Part shown: piece by piece, positions 27,586 through 38,283 of the stretch
Layout: every line of letters begins with the position of its first letter
Numbering within the stretch: position 1 is the stretch's first letter
Source of the DNA: an uncultured Spirochaetota bacterium
GTDB taxonomy: Bacteria; Spirochaetota; Brevinematia; Brevinematales; JAOACQ01
DNA length: 64,000 bases
Direction: 5' to 3'
Assembly (NCBI GenBank): GCA_963835575.1
Contig: CAWIGG010000006.1
Location: 288,001-352,000, forward strand
Notes under the pieces: generated by a model
Databases searched by the model: none
Told to the model about the DNA's origin: nothing
What the model saw: only the letters and a program-made list of their open reading frames with translations
Program-made: the position numbers and the translations under genes

Positions 27586-28923
27586 TTATAAAACAATATC
27601 CAGGTCCTTCATCTTCCGGAGGAGATTATTGGGCAGTATGCCGATGCTGATCGCTGTTTTTGAGACATTATTATTATGCAGGCCCAGCTGGGTTTCGATA
27701 TACTTTTTTTCCAGAAGTTTTTTGGCCTCGCTGTACTGCATCGTTTTCTGGAAAACGGCATCACCCCCGTTTTTATGGGTAATTCCCATGATGTTCTGCA
27801 CATCTTCATCCCGGACTTCATTCTTTTCAGAAAATGCGAAAAGCCTCTGCATCAGGTTCTTGAGTTCGCGGATATTGCCTTTGAGCGGCATTTCGGATAT
27901 CAGGGCCATTGCCGAAGGGGAAACGGTTTTTATGACTGAACCGTTTTCTATGCAGGCCTGTTTGAGAAAATGGTCCGCCAGTATGGAAATATCCTCTTTT
28001 CTCTCGCGCAGTGGAGGAATATGAACAACAAGGACGCCGATGCGGTAATAAAAATCTTCGCGGAATTTGCCTTCATCGACTGCCTCTTTCAGGTTCCGGT
28101 TTGTGGCGCAGATCAGGCGGAAATCAACTTTGACTTTCGCCTCGCTCCCGACGCGGGTTACTTCCCTGTCTTCCAGAACGCGGAGGAGTTTTGCCTGCTG
28201 GGAAAGAGGAAGATCGCCGATTTCGTCCAGGAAAAGACTTCCCTGGCTCGCGAGCTCGATTTTACCTTTCTTTGCTCCGCCGGCGCCTGTAAACGCCCCT
28301 TTTTCATGCCCGAAAAGCTCGCTTTCAAACAGATTTTCAGGGATGGCGGCGCAGTTCTGCTTGATCATCTCGTTCTTTCCCCTCTTGCTTTTCAGATGGA
28401 TCAGATGCGCCACATGTTCCTTACCGACGCCGCTTTCACCCATAATGAGAACTGGAAAATCGATCTGCGAAGCTTTTTCGATCATTTCATTCATTTTCTT
28501 TACGGCCGTGGAATTTCCGATGATTTTAAACTTATCTATTTCCTTTTTCAACAGGCTTGAAAACCTTTTATGCTCGATGGCGTTGTTGATGACAACCTTC
28601 ATTTTCTGATAGGAAATGGGTTTTTCAACAAAGTCAAAAGCGCCGAGCTTTATCGACAGCACGGCTTTTTCCACGCTGGAATATCCCGAGATCATCACGC
28701 ATTCAATAAATGGGAAGCGGCTTTTAATTTCATTCAGAAGCTCCAGGCCGTCCTCCTCGCCTAGCTTCATATCGATTACGGCGATATCGAACGAGTCGCT
28801 TTCCAGCGTCAGGATTTTTTTCGCGCTTTTGATCGAATCGGCGCCGACAACTTCATATTCCTCAAAAACGCCTTTCAAACTGGAAATCACGTCCTCATTG
28901 TCGTCTACTACTAATAATTTCAT
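27586..28923 (-). CDS. Sigma-54-dependent response regulator (NtrC/NtrX-like)
   Basis: Receiver VVDD...IDMKL; GESGVGKE, ESELFGHEKGAFTGA, FLDEIG, FREDFYYR, GNIRELKN; C-terminal Fis-type HTH. Confidence 0.92.
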   Translation of the reverse strand: MKLLVVDDNEDVISSLKGVFEEYEVVGADSIKSAKKILTLESDSFDIAVIDMKLGEEDGLELLNEIKSRFPFIECVMISGYSSVEKAVLSIKLGAFDFVEKPISYQKMKVVINNAIEHKRFSSLLKKEIDKFKIIGNSTAVKKMNEMIEKASQIDFPVLIMGESGVGKEHVAHLIHLKSKRGKNEMIKQNCAAIPENLFESELFGHEKGAFTGAGGAKKGKIELASQGSLFLDEIGDLPLSQQAKLLRVLEDREVTRVGSEAKVKVDFRLICATNRNLKEAVDEGKFREDFYYRIGVLVVHIPPLRERKEDISILADHFLKQACIENGSVIKTVSPSAMALISEMPLKGNIRELKNLMQRLFAFSEKNEVRDEDVQNIMGITHKNGGDAVFQKTMQYSEAKKLLEKKYIETQLGLHNNNVSKTAISIGILPNNLLRKMKDLDIVL

Positions 28924-28960
28924 GTTTCTATCCTTATAAAAAATTTTGCCGGATTATTCC

Positions 28961-30040
28961 TTAATCATTAAGAAAAATAATCTGGAATGTCGTACCGGAA
29001 TCAAGTCTGGATTTCACGTCAATCAGGGCGTTCTGCTCCTGCGAGAGGCTTTTCACGATCGAGAGACCGATCCCTATGTTACCTTTTTTTGTAGAAAATC
29101 CTGGCTCAAATATTTTCTTTATCGTCTCATCGCTCATGCCTTTGCCGGAATCCTGAATCGAGATGATTTTTTTGTTTCCTTCATTTTTCAGACTGATTAT
29201 AACTGAGGAATCATTCCCGGCTTCAATACCGTTTTTGATGAGGTTCCGGATGACTTCTTTGAAAAGAATAACGTCTATTTTTAAATTGAATGGCTTTTCC
29301 CCTTTCCAATCCAGCTTCGCGTTTTTAAATTCCCTGCAGACTTCCCTGATGATCGGTATCACGTCCTTATTCTCAAGATTGGCGTCGGGGTAATGCGAGA
29401 TGTCCCGGAATTTATGAAGGATCATTTTCATGTCGTTGAGTTTATTCAGAATAAAAGCCACCTTTTCTTTTTCTTCCACCTTATCGATCAGAAACTCGAC
29501 GTATGTTTGGATCGGGGAGATGATATTATTGATTTCATGGACAATGATCCTGGATATTTCCTTCCAGCCGCGGTATTTCTGTATATTGCCCAGGATCCTC
29601 TCATAATTTTTCAGCTTGACGATCATTTCATTAAAAGCCCGGATCAGGATCCGGATTTCTTCGGTACCGGTTTCCTTTAACAAGAGTTCCTTTTCGCTTT
29701 TATCAAAATAGAGGAATTTGACGGCGCCGGACAGTTTATCGATCGGTTTTGTCACGCCGTAGACAAACAGGAGATAGAGCAGAGACATAATTATAACTTC
29801 AACAAAAAATATCCCGAGCACCGAACGGGTCACTTCAATTGCCCGTTTTTCGGAAAAGGCCTTGTAAAGAGAAACCCTCTGCTGGATTTCCGTATTCCCG
29901 GCCGCGAGGTCTTTAATATAGACAAGCTCGTTTTCAAAGGCTTTCTGTGTATGCGTGATGATCGTATAGCTTGCCAGTAATGTTGTCAAAAGGATAAGGA
30001 CCATGGCCAGAATAAATATAATTATAAATCGTATCTTCAT
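28961..30040 (-). CDS. HAMP-domain sensor histidine kinase (NtrY-like)
   Basis: Two TMs, HAMP (AFNEM), WKEISRIIVHEINN, NLIKNGIEA, DSGKGM, FSTK, GIGLSI. Confidence 0.88.
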   Translation of the reverse strand: MKIRFIIIFILAMVLILLTTLLASYTIITHTQKAFENELVYIKDLAAGNTEIQQRVSLYKAFSEKRAIEVTRSVLGIFFVEVIIMSLLYLLFVYGVTKPIDKLSGAVKFLYFDKSEKELLLKETGTEEIRILIRAFNEMIVKLKNYERILGNIQKYRGWKEISRIIVHEINNIISPIQTYVEFLIDKVEEKEKVAFILNKLNDMKMILHKFRDISHYPDANLENKDVIPIIREVCREFKNAKLDWKGEKPFNLKIDVILFKEVIRNLIKNGIEAGNDSSVIISLKNEGNKKIISIQDSGKGMSDETIKKIFEPGFSTKKGNIGIGLSIVKSLSQEQNALIDVKSRLDSGTTFQIIFLND

Positions 30041-30043
30041 CTT

Positions 30044-30556
30044 TTATTCCTTAATATTGTAGCTGAGGATGATTCTGGGCCTGTTTCCCCACAAATTGAT
30101 GATCTCAGGGGTCGCGTCGCAATTGAGGAGTATGTCCACTTCAGTAGAGAGCTCCTGGTTAAGATAGGAGCCGGCGTTTGTCAGAAAGACCAATTCCTGA
30201 ACAGTGATAATATTTGTCATCTGGTCATAGGAAAAGCGGGATTGATTATTAATAATATAATTGGTCCCGTCAAATTGAATACGGCGCATTGTGACGTTTT
30301 TATATATAATTTGATTCTTCTGTTCTGTTTTGACCTGGTAAATAATGTTGACCGCGACCCCGCTGTCTATAACATCACGGAGCTGAGGATTGATCAGGTT
30401 GCCGCAGCTGAATTGAGCGTTAATAATCGTCCTGTCCTTAAAATTCCTATAAACAAAGAAATTATCGCTTGTGACTTCGGGATAAGCGCTGATTATTCCC
30501 AGGACCGTCAGGATCACCTTCAGGGATTCAGCCAGTTTGGCGCCGATTACATTCAT
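30044..30556 (-). CDS. Hypothetical exported protein, first gene of the two-component operon
   Basis: 170-aa ORF with hydrophobic N-terminus, GGAG RBS, stop 3 nt before the kinase start. Confidence 0.6.
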   Translation of the reverse strand: MNVIGAKLAESLKVILTVLGIISAYPEVTSDNFFVYRNFKDRTIINAQFSCGNLINPQLRDVIDSGVAVNIIYQVKTEQKNQIIYKNVTMRRIQFDGTNYIINNQSRFSYDQMTNIITVQELVFLTNAGSYLNQELSTEVDILLNCDATPEIINLWGNRPRIILSYNIKE

Positions 30557-30676
30557 TTAAAACTCCGTTTAATTTTCAAAACAGTTTATATTCTATAAAA
30601 GTCTCATTGGTTTGTTATATCTGTTTGTGAATTCTTGTTCGTTTGATCGGCATCATCAAAAAAGTCATTTTGTAAT

Positions 30677-31403
30677 TCATGCCCGCGGGTTTCTCACTTC
30701 TTTCAGGGATTGCCTGAAGCTTTTTGAGAAGCCGCCGAAATAAATGCCGACAGAAACATAAAATGAGTGCTCATTGATGGCGGGCTGGTCCAAAAGCTTT
30801 GTAACATTGGCGCTCAAACCGGTAATGGACCAACCGGATTTAGGCATATAAATATACCCTATTTTTATTCCAACATTAATCATGCCCGAGCTTAACTAAA
30901 CTCAAAAGGGAAGCTTCAAATGCTATTGTAGAATAGGACATCCGGGTCATTGTACCAGGGTTTTGAAGGATATAATTAAAACCCGCGTTAGAAATGCCGG
31001 AAGGCTGAATTTCCAGCTCTCTGGAATATCCTCCTATCCCAAGAGCGGGTATTATCATAAATAAATCAGAATCAAGAACCGTATAACCCGCATTAAATAT
31101 GCCGACTCCGCTTATAGTGGACAGCAAATATTTGCCGTTATCGACAGTCTGCGGAGGTATTCCCATACACCATCCGCCGATGAAAACATTGTTGATAAGA
31201 ATGGCGCCCATTCCGCCGATGCCTAATGTGCAATCAGGCAGCTGGCCGTAGCCGTTAGCCGAAAACCTTTTATTGAGTTCAGAAATATCATTATATATCA
31301 GAACACCGCCAAACCCTGCCAGTCCCCCGTAAATGCCGGAATAAGCCATATCTATACTCAAAAGGGCTGAAACAATTACAAATATTGAAAATATACGCCT
31401 CAT
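30677..31403 (-). pseudogene. Frameshifted outer-membrane beta-barrel-like protein
   Basis: Signal peptide plus Gly/aromatic beta-strand pattern; frame stops at 30876 but the pattern continues in the next frame (MINVGIKIGY...VSVGIYFGGF); shift near GGG at 30885-30887. Confidence 0.65.
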
Positions 31404-31653
31404 ATTTTTCTCCCATAATAATAATTCATCTGTTAATGGCAATATATATGCCATTAACAGATGAATCGGCTGAGAATTATAAAACCCTTGAAAAACACTG
31501 CTCATAACAAGAGCGTTTTATGCGCGGATAGTGTTTTTGACACCAGGATTTTTATGTAAAAACAGGGAAAAATTTAAAAATAATATCAAAAATGATATAT
31601 CGGATATGATGAGATGTCAATCTTGAGCTGAAATACTTTTCTAAAAACATTAA

Positions 31654-31754
31654 TTCACGCAAAGGCGTAAAGAACGCAAAGAATCATTTTTAAGATTTTT
31701 ACCTTTGCCTTCGGCGCCTGTCCCGAGTCCAATCAAAGGACGTCTCTGCGTGAA
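31654..31754. repeat. Inverted-repeat element with CGCAAAG triplet arms and REP-like insert
   Basis: ttcacgcaaaggcgtaaagaacgcaaag / ctttgccttcggcg[cctgtcccgagtccaatcaaagga]cgtctctgcgtgaa. Confidence 0.75.
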
Positions 31755-31814
31755 ACTGGAAGGACCTTTAATTCAGGATAAAGTAATAAAGGTTTTAAAG
31801 TGAATGATAAGGAC

Positions 31815-32609
31815 TTACTCTGGATTGGGGATATTTTTTACCAGTTCCAGCACATCGTTATGAAGCAGGCCGTTTGTGGCGACAATGGTTTTTTTATAGA
31901 TATTATACTCATCTCCCGAATAGCCGGATAATTTACCGCCGGCTTCTTCAATGATGATTTTTCCCGCGGCCGTGTCCCATGGCTTTAAGTTCTCCTCATA
32001 AAACCCGTCGAAACTTCCCCTGGCGACAAAGCACATGTCTATGGCCGCCGAGCCGAGCCTTCTGAAGCCGGTATAGCTTCTGGTTATATCCCGGAGCGGG
32101 TCGAGAAGGTATTCTATACGCCCTTCACTTTCATACGGATAGCCTGTGACGAGGAGGGCTTTTGTCTTATCCCGCGTTTGTGAAACGAAGATCCTTTTAT
32201 TATTTAAAAAAGTCCCTCCGTTTTCAAGGGCCCAGTACCATTCATTCCACAGGGGATTATAGACAACGCCGGCCTTAATTTTTCCCTCTATCTCAATGCC
32301 GATGGAAACGCAGACAAGCGGGATGCGGTGCGTGAAGTTCACAGTGCCGTCAAGCGGGTCAATGACCCATTTGACGTCCGATTCTTTCTGCCTTGAAAGG
32401 CCCTCTTCCGTAAGAATGGAATGGGAAGGGAATTTTTTAGCGATCATGTCCACGATGAGCGCTTCCGAGGCTTTATCAAACTCTGTCACAGGATTGGCGA
32501 AGCTTTTAAAAACAACATCCTTTTCAGAAAAAAAACCTTTCTTGATTATTTTTCCCGCTTTAGATGCGCATGAGACGGCAAATTTGAGATAATCATTTAA
32601 TTTCAGCAT
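31815..32609 (-). CDS. suhB: Inositol monophosphatase family protein
   Basis: PVTEFD, TEE, WVIDPLDGTVNF, RRLGSAAIDM, PWDTAAG. Confidence 0.88.
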   Translation of the reverse strand: MLKLNDYLKFAVSCASKAGKIIKKGFFSEKDVVFKSFANPVTEFDKASEALIVDMIAKKFPSHSILTEEGLSRQKESDVKWVIDPLDGTVNFTHRIPLVCVSIGIEIEGKIKAGVVYNPLWNEWYWALENGGTFLNNKRIFVSQTRDKTKALLVTGYPYESEGRIEYLLDPLRDITRSYTGFRRLGSAAIDMCFVARGSFDGFYEENLKPWDTAAGKIIIEEAGGKLSGYSGDEYNIYKKTIVATNGLLHNDVLELVKNIPNPE

Positions 32610-32613
32610 TTTT

Positions 32614-33846
32614 TTAATTCCGCCCTATTTTTTCCCGGAAAAACAGGTCCATCAGCTCCCGCCCTTTCAGATGGGTAAACTGTCCTTTCAGGCAGGATCT
32701 CTCATTATACTCCCGGATCGAGGGATCGGGAATGACATCCGCGCCGGTCATCATAAACGGGACTTCTTCGCGGGTATGCTTGCGGAGCTTGACCGGCACC
32801 GGGTGGTCAGGCAGCACCATAATCCGCAGGGGTTCAGTAAAACGCTTTTTATATTCTGATAGAAAAGTCCTGATCAGACGCTTATCGCAGTCTTCAATCG
32901 CCTTTATTTTATTCTTCAGGTTTCCAAGATGGGAGCATTCATCGGCCGCTTCGATATGAAGATAGACAAAGTCGTTGCTCTTCAGGAAAGCGGCGGCCGC
33001 CCTGGCTTTATTCTCATAATTCGTGTCTATGTATCCTGTGGCCCCTTTCGGCCTCAGCGCGTCCATCTGTCCGAGCCTGCCGAGCCCCAGAATGACATCG
33101 ACGGCGGAGATAATAGCGCCTTTCCTGCCGTACATTTCCTGAAATGAAGGCATGGCCGGCCTTTTTCCACCCGACCAGGGCCAGATAAGATTGGCCGGAT
33201 TTTTTTTCGAGCGGGTCCTTCTTTTATTGACAGGGTGGTTTTCAAGCAGTCCTTTTGACATATAAATCAGGTCTGTTAAGACCTTTGAAGTCAGCTCTCC
33301 CTCTTTTGTCTTAGGCCTCGGAAGGATCTTTTCCCATTCCAGGCCATGGGATGAATCAGGCTTATCGTACAAAACTTCCGGGCTGAATTCCTTCCCCTTC
33401 AAATACAGAAGATGGCGGTAGCTCACGCCTTTACGGAATTCTATTTTTTCATTCCCGAAAGTTTTTTGAAGGCTCTGGATGATCTCCTCCGCTTCTTTAT
33501 TGGTGATATGGCCGGCGGAATAATCTTCCAGGATGTTTTCTTTGACCGTGATCAAATTCAGTCTGAACGCGACCGTCTCATCATCCAGCTCTCTGCCCAT
33601 GCCGTAGCTTTCTATCGCTCCCCGGCCGGTATAGTATTTGCCGAGGTCCCAGCCCAAAACCGACATGTTCGCCACATCCGATGAAGTGGGGAACCCTTCG
33701 GGCAGGGTTAAAAAAGTCCCGAAGACGGCATTCTTTGCCATCTCATCCAGATGAGGTGTCCGCGCCGCCTCCAGAGGCGTCCTTCCTTCCAATTCCGCCA
33801 GCGGATAATCCGCCATTCCGTCTATTAAAAAAAGAACATACTTCAT
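32614..33846 (-). CDS. apgM: Cofactor-independent phosphoglycerate mutase (ApgM type)
   Basis: DGMADYP, TPLEAARTP.LD, SDVANMS, GATGYIDTNY, HIEAADECSH, PDH. Confidence 0.85.
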   Translation of the reverse strand: MKYVLFLIDGMADYPLAELEGRTPLEAARTPHLDEMAKNAVFGTFLTLPEGFPTSSDVANMSVLGWDLGKYYTGRGAIESYGMGRELDDETVAFRLNLITVKENILEDYSAGHITNKEAEEIIQSLQKTFGNEKIEFRKGVSYRHLLYLKGKEFSPEVLYDKPDSSHGLEWEKILPRPKTKEGELTSKVLTDLIYMSKGLLENHPVNKRRTRSKKNPANLIWPWSGGKRPAMPSFQEMYGRKGAIISAVDVILGLGRLGQMDALRPKGATGYIDTNYENKARAAAAFLKSNDFVYLHIEAADECSHLGNLKNKIKAIEDCDKRLIRTFLSEYKKRFTEPLRIMVLPDHPVPVKLRKHTREEVPFMMTGADVIPDPSIREYNERSCLKGQFTHLKGRELMDLFFREKIGRN

Positions 33847-33866
33847 TTTAAACCCCTTTATCCGGT

Positions 33867-34487
33867 TTAATTTTTTTCCGCTTTCTGTATCATGAAAGCT
33901 TTATAATAGTTCACTCCGTATATTATTCCCGAAAGCACTAAAAATATCGAGGTGAGAATAGTTCCATAAAATACGATGTTATTGAAAATTATGTGAAGCA
34001 ATTTTGTATTATTGATGAATGAGTATTTCAGAAGATAAAAACCGAGGGTTAATCCCAGCAGAATGGCGGTCACTTTTCCGCTGATGAGGGGCTGTACGAC
34101 TTTTTTCTTTGTGTTTAAGGCGTAAAGGGCGCCTATGGATATGATCAGGTCCCTTAAGACTATGAGGAAGAAAAAATAAAAAGGGGCCCTTTTGCTGAAA
34201 TAGAGCAGGGCGGATATCGTAACGGCAAGGATTTTATCGCCCATAGGATCGATAAAATAGCCGATCTTGCTGACGGATTTGAGCGCCCTGGCCAGGAAGC
34301 CGTCCAGAAAATCGGTGAGAAGGGCTACTGCGAAAATGACAAATGCGATAAAATTTGATATTGGGTTATTCAGCCCGAGCTGCTGAACTATCGGGATCAC
34401 AAGGATGATCCTGAAAATTGACAGAATATTGGGAATGGTCCAGAGTTTTTCGCTTAATTGTGTCTGTACAACAACATTTTCATCCAT
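33867..34487 (-). CDS. pgsA: CDP-alcohol phosphatidyltransferase (PgsA-like)
   Basis: TIPNILSIFRI, TDFLDGFLAR...G..IDPMGDK. Confidence 0.8.
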   Translation of the reverse strand: MDENVVVQTQLSEKLWTIPNILSIFRIILVIPIVQQLGLNNPISNFIAFVIFAVALLTDFLDGFLARALKSVSKIGYFIDPMGDKILAVTISALLYFSKRAPFYFFFLIVLRDLIISIGALYALNTKKKVVQPLISGKVTAILLGLTLGFYLLKYSFINNTKLLHIIFNNIVFYGTILTSIFLVLSGIIYGVNYYKAFMIQKAEKN

Positions 34488-34490
34488 AAC

Positions 34491-36248
34491 TCACTCCGCG
34501 CTCTGCGACAGCTTATTTCCGATCGCAACATTTATTTTCATCATGCCGAATACGGCTTTTTCAAGAGGAGCTTCATCCATAATCCATTCGGGGAAGAGTA
34601 CGGCGTTCGCTTTATCCCAGGGTTTATTATAATCAAAAAGGAATAGATAATTTTCGGGGAATTTCTCAAGCTTTTTATCCTTGACGATAACGCCGGGCCG
34701 CGCGTAAATCAGCCCCGCGGACAGGCGCGTGATATCCTGGCGGAAGCTGGCGAAACGGACGAGGTCATCAATATTATTGACAGTATAGTACTTCGGGAAA
34801 AGCCTCATGGCCTCGGCATAAAATTGAGATTCGCTCCCTGCCAGAAGCCAGTACTGGCCGCTCCTTGCGTCAGAGGGGATTTTCAGGTCAAAGTATTTCT
34901 GAATATAATTGCCGCCGTACTGTTTTAACTGGACTTTGCAGTGAATAATATCTCCCGGGTAATAGGTGCTTTTATCGACTGTCAGATTATCTAAGATATA
35001 ATAATCAAGGCCCTTTTCAATGAGAATTTCGGAGTGTATGTTTTTGATTTTAATGCCGCCGATATTATTCTCATAAAAAGATGACAGGTAGAGGTTCAAA
35101 TCGGCAATCATACCGACCAGGCTGAAATAACTCGGGTTAAACGCGTAATGAAAGTCATTACTGACCTCATAAGTCTTCTTTTTATACTCGATTTCAATGC
35201 CAAACTTTAAATTGATCCTTTTATCATCAAGGTAGCCCGCATGGTCGAGAAATGATGACGAAATAGCCCCGGTTGTCAGCGACGAAAAATAATAACGGTT
35301 GTCCGCCACCCTGAAATGGTAGGCATAAGATTTTTTGTCATATTCAATCCTGACATCCACCGGTATCATGGAATAACTTTCGTTCATCCGGCAATAGACG
35401 CCGTCCTGGCCGTCATAAACGGTAGAGCCGATCGGAACGGATGACGAGCCCAGTTTAAATGAAAAATAAAGTGACGGTACAACAGAATAAATATAGGAGC
35501 GGGAAATGGGAACAGGAACATTCCCGGCCAGGTCCATGGGATGGCCGAATATAAAAACATCATCATTGGAAACATAGGTCACCGTCCCGATACCTTCCAC
35601 ACGGTAATCACCGTCAACCAGATTAACTGCCACCGAGTCCCCGGCCTTAAGGTTGGAAACAGGGCCTTCTTCAGTGCCTGAAAGAACCCCGCTGGAATTC
35701 ATGACAAAAAAAGACCCTCTTTTTATCGTTAAATTATTGGTATCTCCGGCCTCAAAAAAATCCTTTATGAATGCTTCGCCTTCGCCGGTAAATCCTTTGA
35801 GAAAGAGAGGCGTCGCGATCCTTTTAAACTTTTCATCTTCTGTTGAAGAAGGACTTTCTATCCCATTCCGCGCATTATTTTTTTCAGAGATCATCTGTTT
35901 GATCGGCGTAATACCGCAGAGCGGTTCCCTGGAATAAGCCCATGTGTAAGCGACAGCGCCGATCAGTTTGCCTTCGATATACACAGGGCTGCCGCTCATT
36001 CCGGCGATGACGCCGCTTTTTTCCACAACAGGGCCGCTGAGCCTGGCCAGAATAATATCGCCTTTCGGGCTGGTATTCTTCATGACATCTATTATTTCAG
36101 CCCCGAACTGCTCGGGTTCCCAGCCCCTGAACACAGAAAGGCCGTAGCCTTTCATGCCGGGCTTAATTTCATTAACATCCATGAATTCGACAGCGGAAAG
36201 AGTGCCGGTCAGAATAGTTAAGAATAAGATAAAAAAAAGTTTTTTCAT
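34491..36248 (-). CDS. Secreted SpoIVB peptidase S55 domain protein
   Basis: Signal peptide; GMKGYGLSV, GVIAGMSGSPVY.EGKLIGAVAY, GTVTYV...FGHP. Confidence 0.85.
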   Translation of the reverse strand: MKKLFFILFLTILTGTLSAVEFMDVNEIKPGMKGYGLSVFRGWEPEQFGAEIIDVMKNTSPKGDIILARLSGPVVEKSGVIAGMSGSPVYIEGKLIGAVAYTWAYSREPLCGITPIKQMISEKNNARNGIESPSSTEDEKFKRIATPLFLKGFTGEGEAFIKDFFEAGDTNNLTIKRGSFFVMNSSGVLSGTEEGPVSNLKAGDSVAVNLVDGDYRVEGIGTVTYVSNDDVFIFGHPMDLAGNVPVPISRSYIYSVVPSLYFSFKLGSSSVPIGSTVYDGQDGVYCRMNESYSMIPVDVRIEYDKKSYAYHFRVADNRYYFSSLTTGAISSSFLDHAGYLDDKRINLKFGIEIEYKKKTYEVSNDFHYAFNPSYFSLVGMIADLNLYLSSFYENNIGGIKIKNIHSEILIEKGLDYYILDNLTVDKSTYYPGDIIHCKVQLKQYGGNYIQKYFDLKIPSDARSGQYWLLAGSESQFYAEAMRLFPKYYTVNNIDDLVRFASFRQDITRLSAGLIYARPGVIVKDKKLEKFPENYLFLFDYNKPWDKANAVLFPEWIMDEAPLEKAVFGMMKINVAIGNKLSQSAE

Positions 36249-36377
36249 TCCATCCCCAAAAAACACATCAGCTTTCCTGTTAACTCAATATGTTACCATA
36301 TTTAAAAAGAAAAATAAAGAAATTGTTCCCGTTCAGGGAATGAATTATGATTGACCAAATACGAGATTTATTTTTCT

Positions 36378-36481
36378 GCCACAGAATTGCACAGAAACTC
36401 ACGGAATTAAAAACTATTAACTAATAATAATCCGGATATTAATACTTATAAATTCAGTGTTATTCTGTGACATTCTGTGGC
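36378..36481. repeat. Inverted-repeat element with 10-nt CACAGAA triplet arms
   Basis: gccacagaattgcacagaaactcacggaatt / aattcagtgttattctgtgacattctgtggc. Confidence 0.75.
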
Positions 36482-36553
36482 TGGTCTTGTTCTTCCTTCC
36501 TATTAATTTTCAATTTTACCGGAATAATGATAAAATAAAAAAAGGATTAAATT

Positions 36554-38281
36554 ATGTTTATACCTTCGACACCTCAAGAGCTTGAAAAACTCGGATGGAA
36601 AAAGCTCGACGTCATTCTTGTTTCAGGCGACGCTTATATAGACAGCCCCTATGACGGCACAGCTTTAATAGGGAAAGTCCTTCTTAACGCCGGCTATAAA
36701 GTCGGTATTATTGCACAGCCGGATATTTCAAACGGCGGCGATATCACAAGGCTCGGCGAGCCCGCCTTATTCTGGGGCGTCAGCGCCGGCTGCGTCGATT
36801 CGATGGTTGCTAATTACACGGCGTCCCTGAAAAAACGGAGGCAGGATGATTTCACGCCCGGCGGCGTCAATAACAGAAGGCCCGACAGGGCTGTCATCGC
36901 CTATTCAAACCTGATCCGCCGTTTTTTTAAAAGCACGGTCCCGATCGCGCTGGGAGGACTGGAAGCCAGCCTCCGGCGGATAGCCCACTTTGATTACTGG
37001 AGCGGCGGAGTCAGAAGGCCGGTGCTCTTTGACGCGAAGGCCGATATCCTGATATACGGCATGGGCGAACGCGCGGTCCTGGAACTGGCCGGCTGTCTCA
37101 GGCGGAAAGAGGATTATACAAAAATCCGCGGCCTCTGCGCTATTGCCCGCGGGGAAGATATTGCGTCTTTAAATGATTATATCAGGCTGCCTGATTTTGA
37201 GGAAGTCCGTACTGACAAAGAAAAGTTTATGAAAATGTTCAAAATATTTTATGATAATAATGACGCTCAAAATGCGAAAGGCCTGATTCAGGAAGTGAAC
37301 AGGCGTTTTCTGGTGCAGAACCCGCCGGCCCTGCCGCTTTCATCAGGCGAGCTGGACGGCGTTTATAACCTTCCCTTTGAGCGGGATGTCCATACCTATT
37401 ATAAAAAGCAGGGCGAAGTCCGGGCGCTTGAAACCATCCGCTTTTCAATAACCACTCACCGGGGATGTTTCGGGGAATGCCGCTTCTGTTCGATAGCCGT
37501 TCACCAGGGAAGCACGGTTGTTTCAAGAAGCGGGGGATCGGTATTAAAGGAAGCGGAGGAGATGATCAGACATCCCGCGTTCAGAGGAATCATATCGGAC
37601 CTGGGCGGACCGACGGCCAATATGTACGGGATGGAATGCGGGAAAAATGAAAAAGGCTCATTCTGCGCCGGAAAGCATTGTCTGGAGCCGGACGCCTGCA
37701 AAAGCCTGATCATTACACATAAGCGGCAGATTGATCTTTTAAGGAAGCTCGGAAAGCTGAAAACGGCAAAAGGAAAGCCGGTCCGTGTTTTTGTGTCTTC
37801 CGGCGTCCGTTTTGACCTTGTCCTTCAGGACAGGGATTACGGTTCTGAATACCTCCGCGAACTGGCCGGCGGACATATTTCGGGGCAATTGAAAACAGCG
37901 CCGGAGCATAGCGAGAAAATAGTCCTTCAGAGGATGGGTAAGGCCAGTTCCCGGCATCTGACGGAATTTAAAAAGCAATTCGATCAGGTAAACAGGGAAC
38001 TCGGTAAAAAGCAGTTCCTCACTTATTATTTTATAGCGGCCCATCCGGGCTGTACAACTGAAGACATGAATGGGCTGAAAAAGTATATTTCAAGGGAACT
38101 GCATCTTCAGCCGGAACAGGTCCAGGTTTTTACGCCGACCCCCTCCAGTTATTCAACCTTGATGTATTATACGGAAAAAGACCCCTTTACCGGGGAAAAA
38201 CTATTTGTGGAAAAGAATTTAAAAAAGAAGGAAGAACAGAAAGAGATCATTACCGGTGCAGAAAAAAAGTTGAAAAAATAA
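36554..38281 (+). CDS. ygiQ: YgiQ/UPF0313 family radical SAM protein
   Basis: GDAYID.P, DSMVANYT, EASLRRIAHFDYW, HRGCFGECRFC, DLGGPTANMY, YFIAAHPG. Confidence 0.9.
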   Translation: MFIPSTPQELEKLGWKKLDVILVSGDAYIDSPYDGTALIGKVLLNAGYKVGIIAQPDISNGGDITRLGEPALFWGVSAGCVDSMVANYTASLKKRRQDDFTPGGVNNRRPDRAVIAYSNLIRRFFKSTVPIALGGLEASLRRIAHFDYWSGGVRRPVLFDAKADILIYGMGERAVLELAGCLRRKEDYTKIRGLCAIARGEDIASLNDYIRLPDFEEVRTDKEKFMKMFKIFYDNNDAQNAKGLIQEVNRRFLVQNPPALPLSSGELDGVYNLPFERDVHTYYKKQGEVRALETIRFSITTHRGCFGECRFCSIAVHQGSTVVSRSGGSVLKEAEEMIRHPAFRGIISDLGGPTANMYGMECGKNEKGSFCAGKHCLEPDACKSLIITHKRQIDLLRKLGKLKTAKGKPVRVFVSSGVRFDLVLQDRDYGSEYLRELAGGHISGQLKTAPEHSEKIVLQRMGKASSRHLTEFKKQFDQVNRELGKKQFLTYYFIAAHPGCTTEDMNGLKKYISRELHLQPEQVQVFTPTPSSYSTLMYYTEKDPFTGEKLFVEKNLKKKEEQKEIITGAEKKLKK

Positions 38282-38283
38282 AA

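Noticed and set aside
34491..36248. SpoIVB domain as evidence of sporulation
   Set aside because: S55-domain proteins of this long secreted type occur in non-sporulating bacteria; no other spo genes are present
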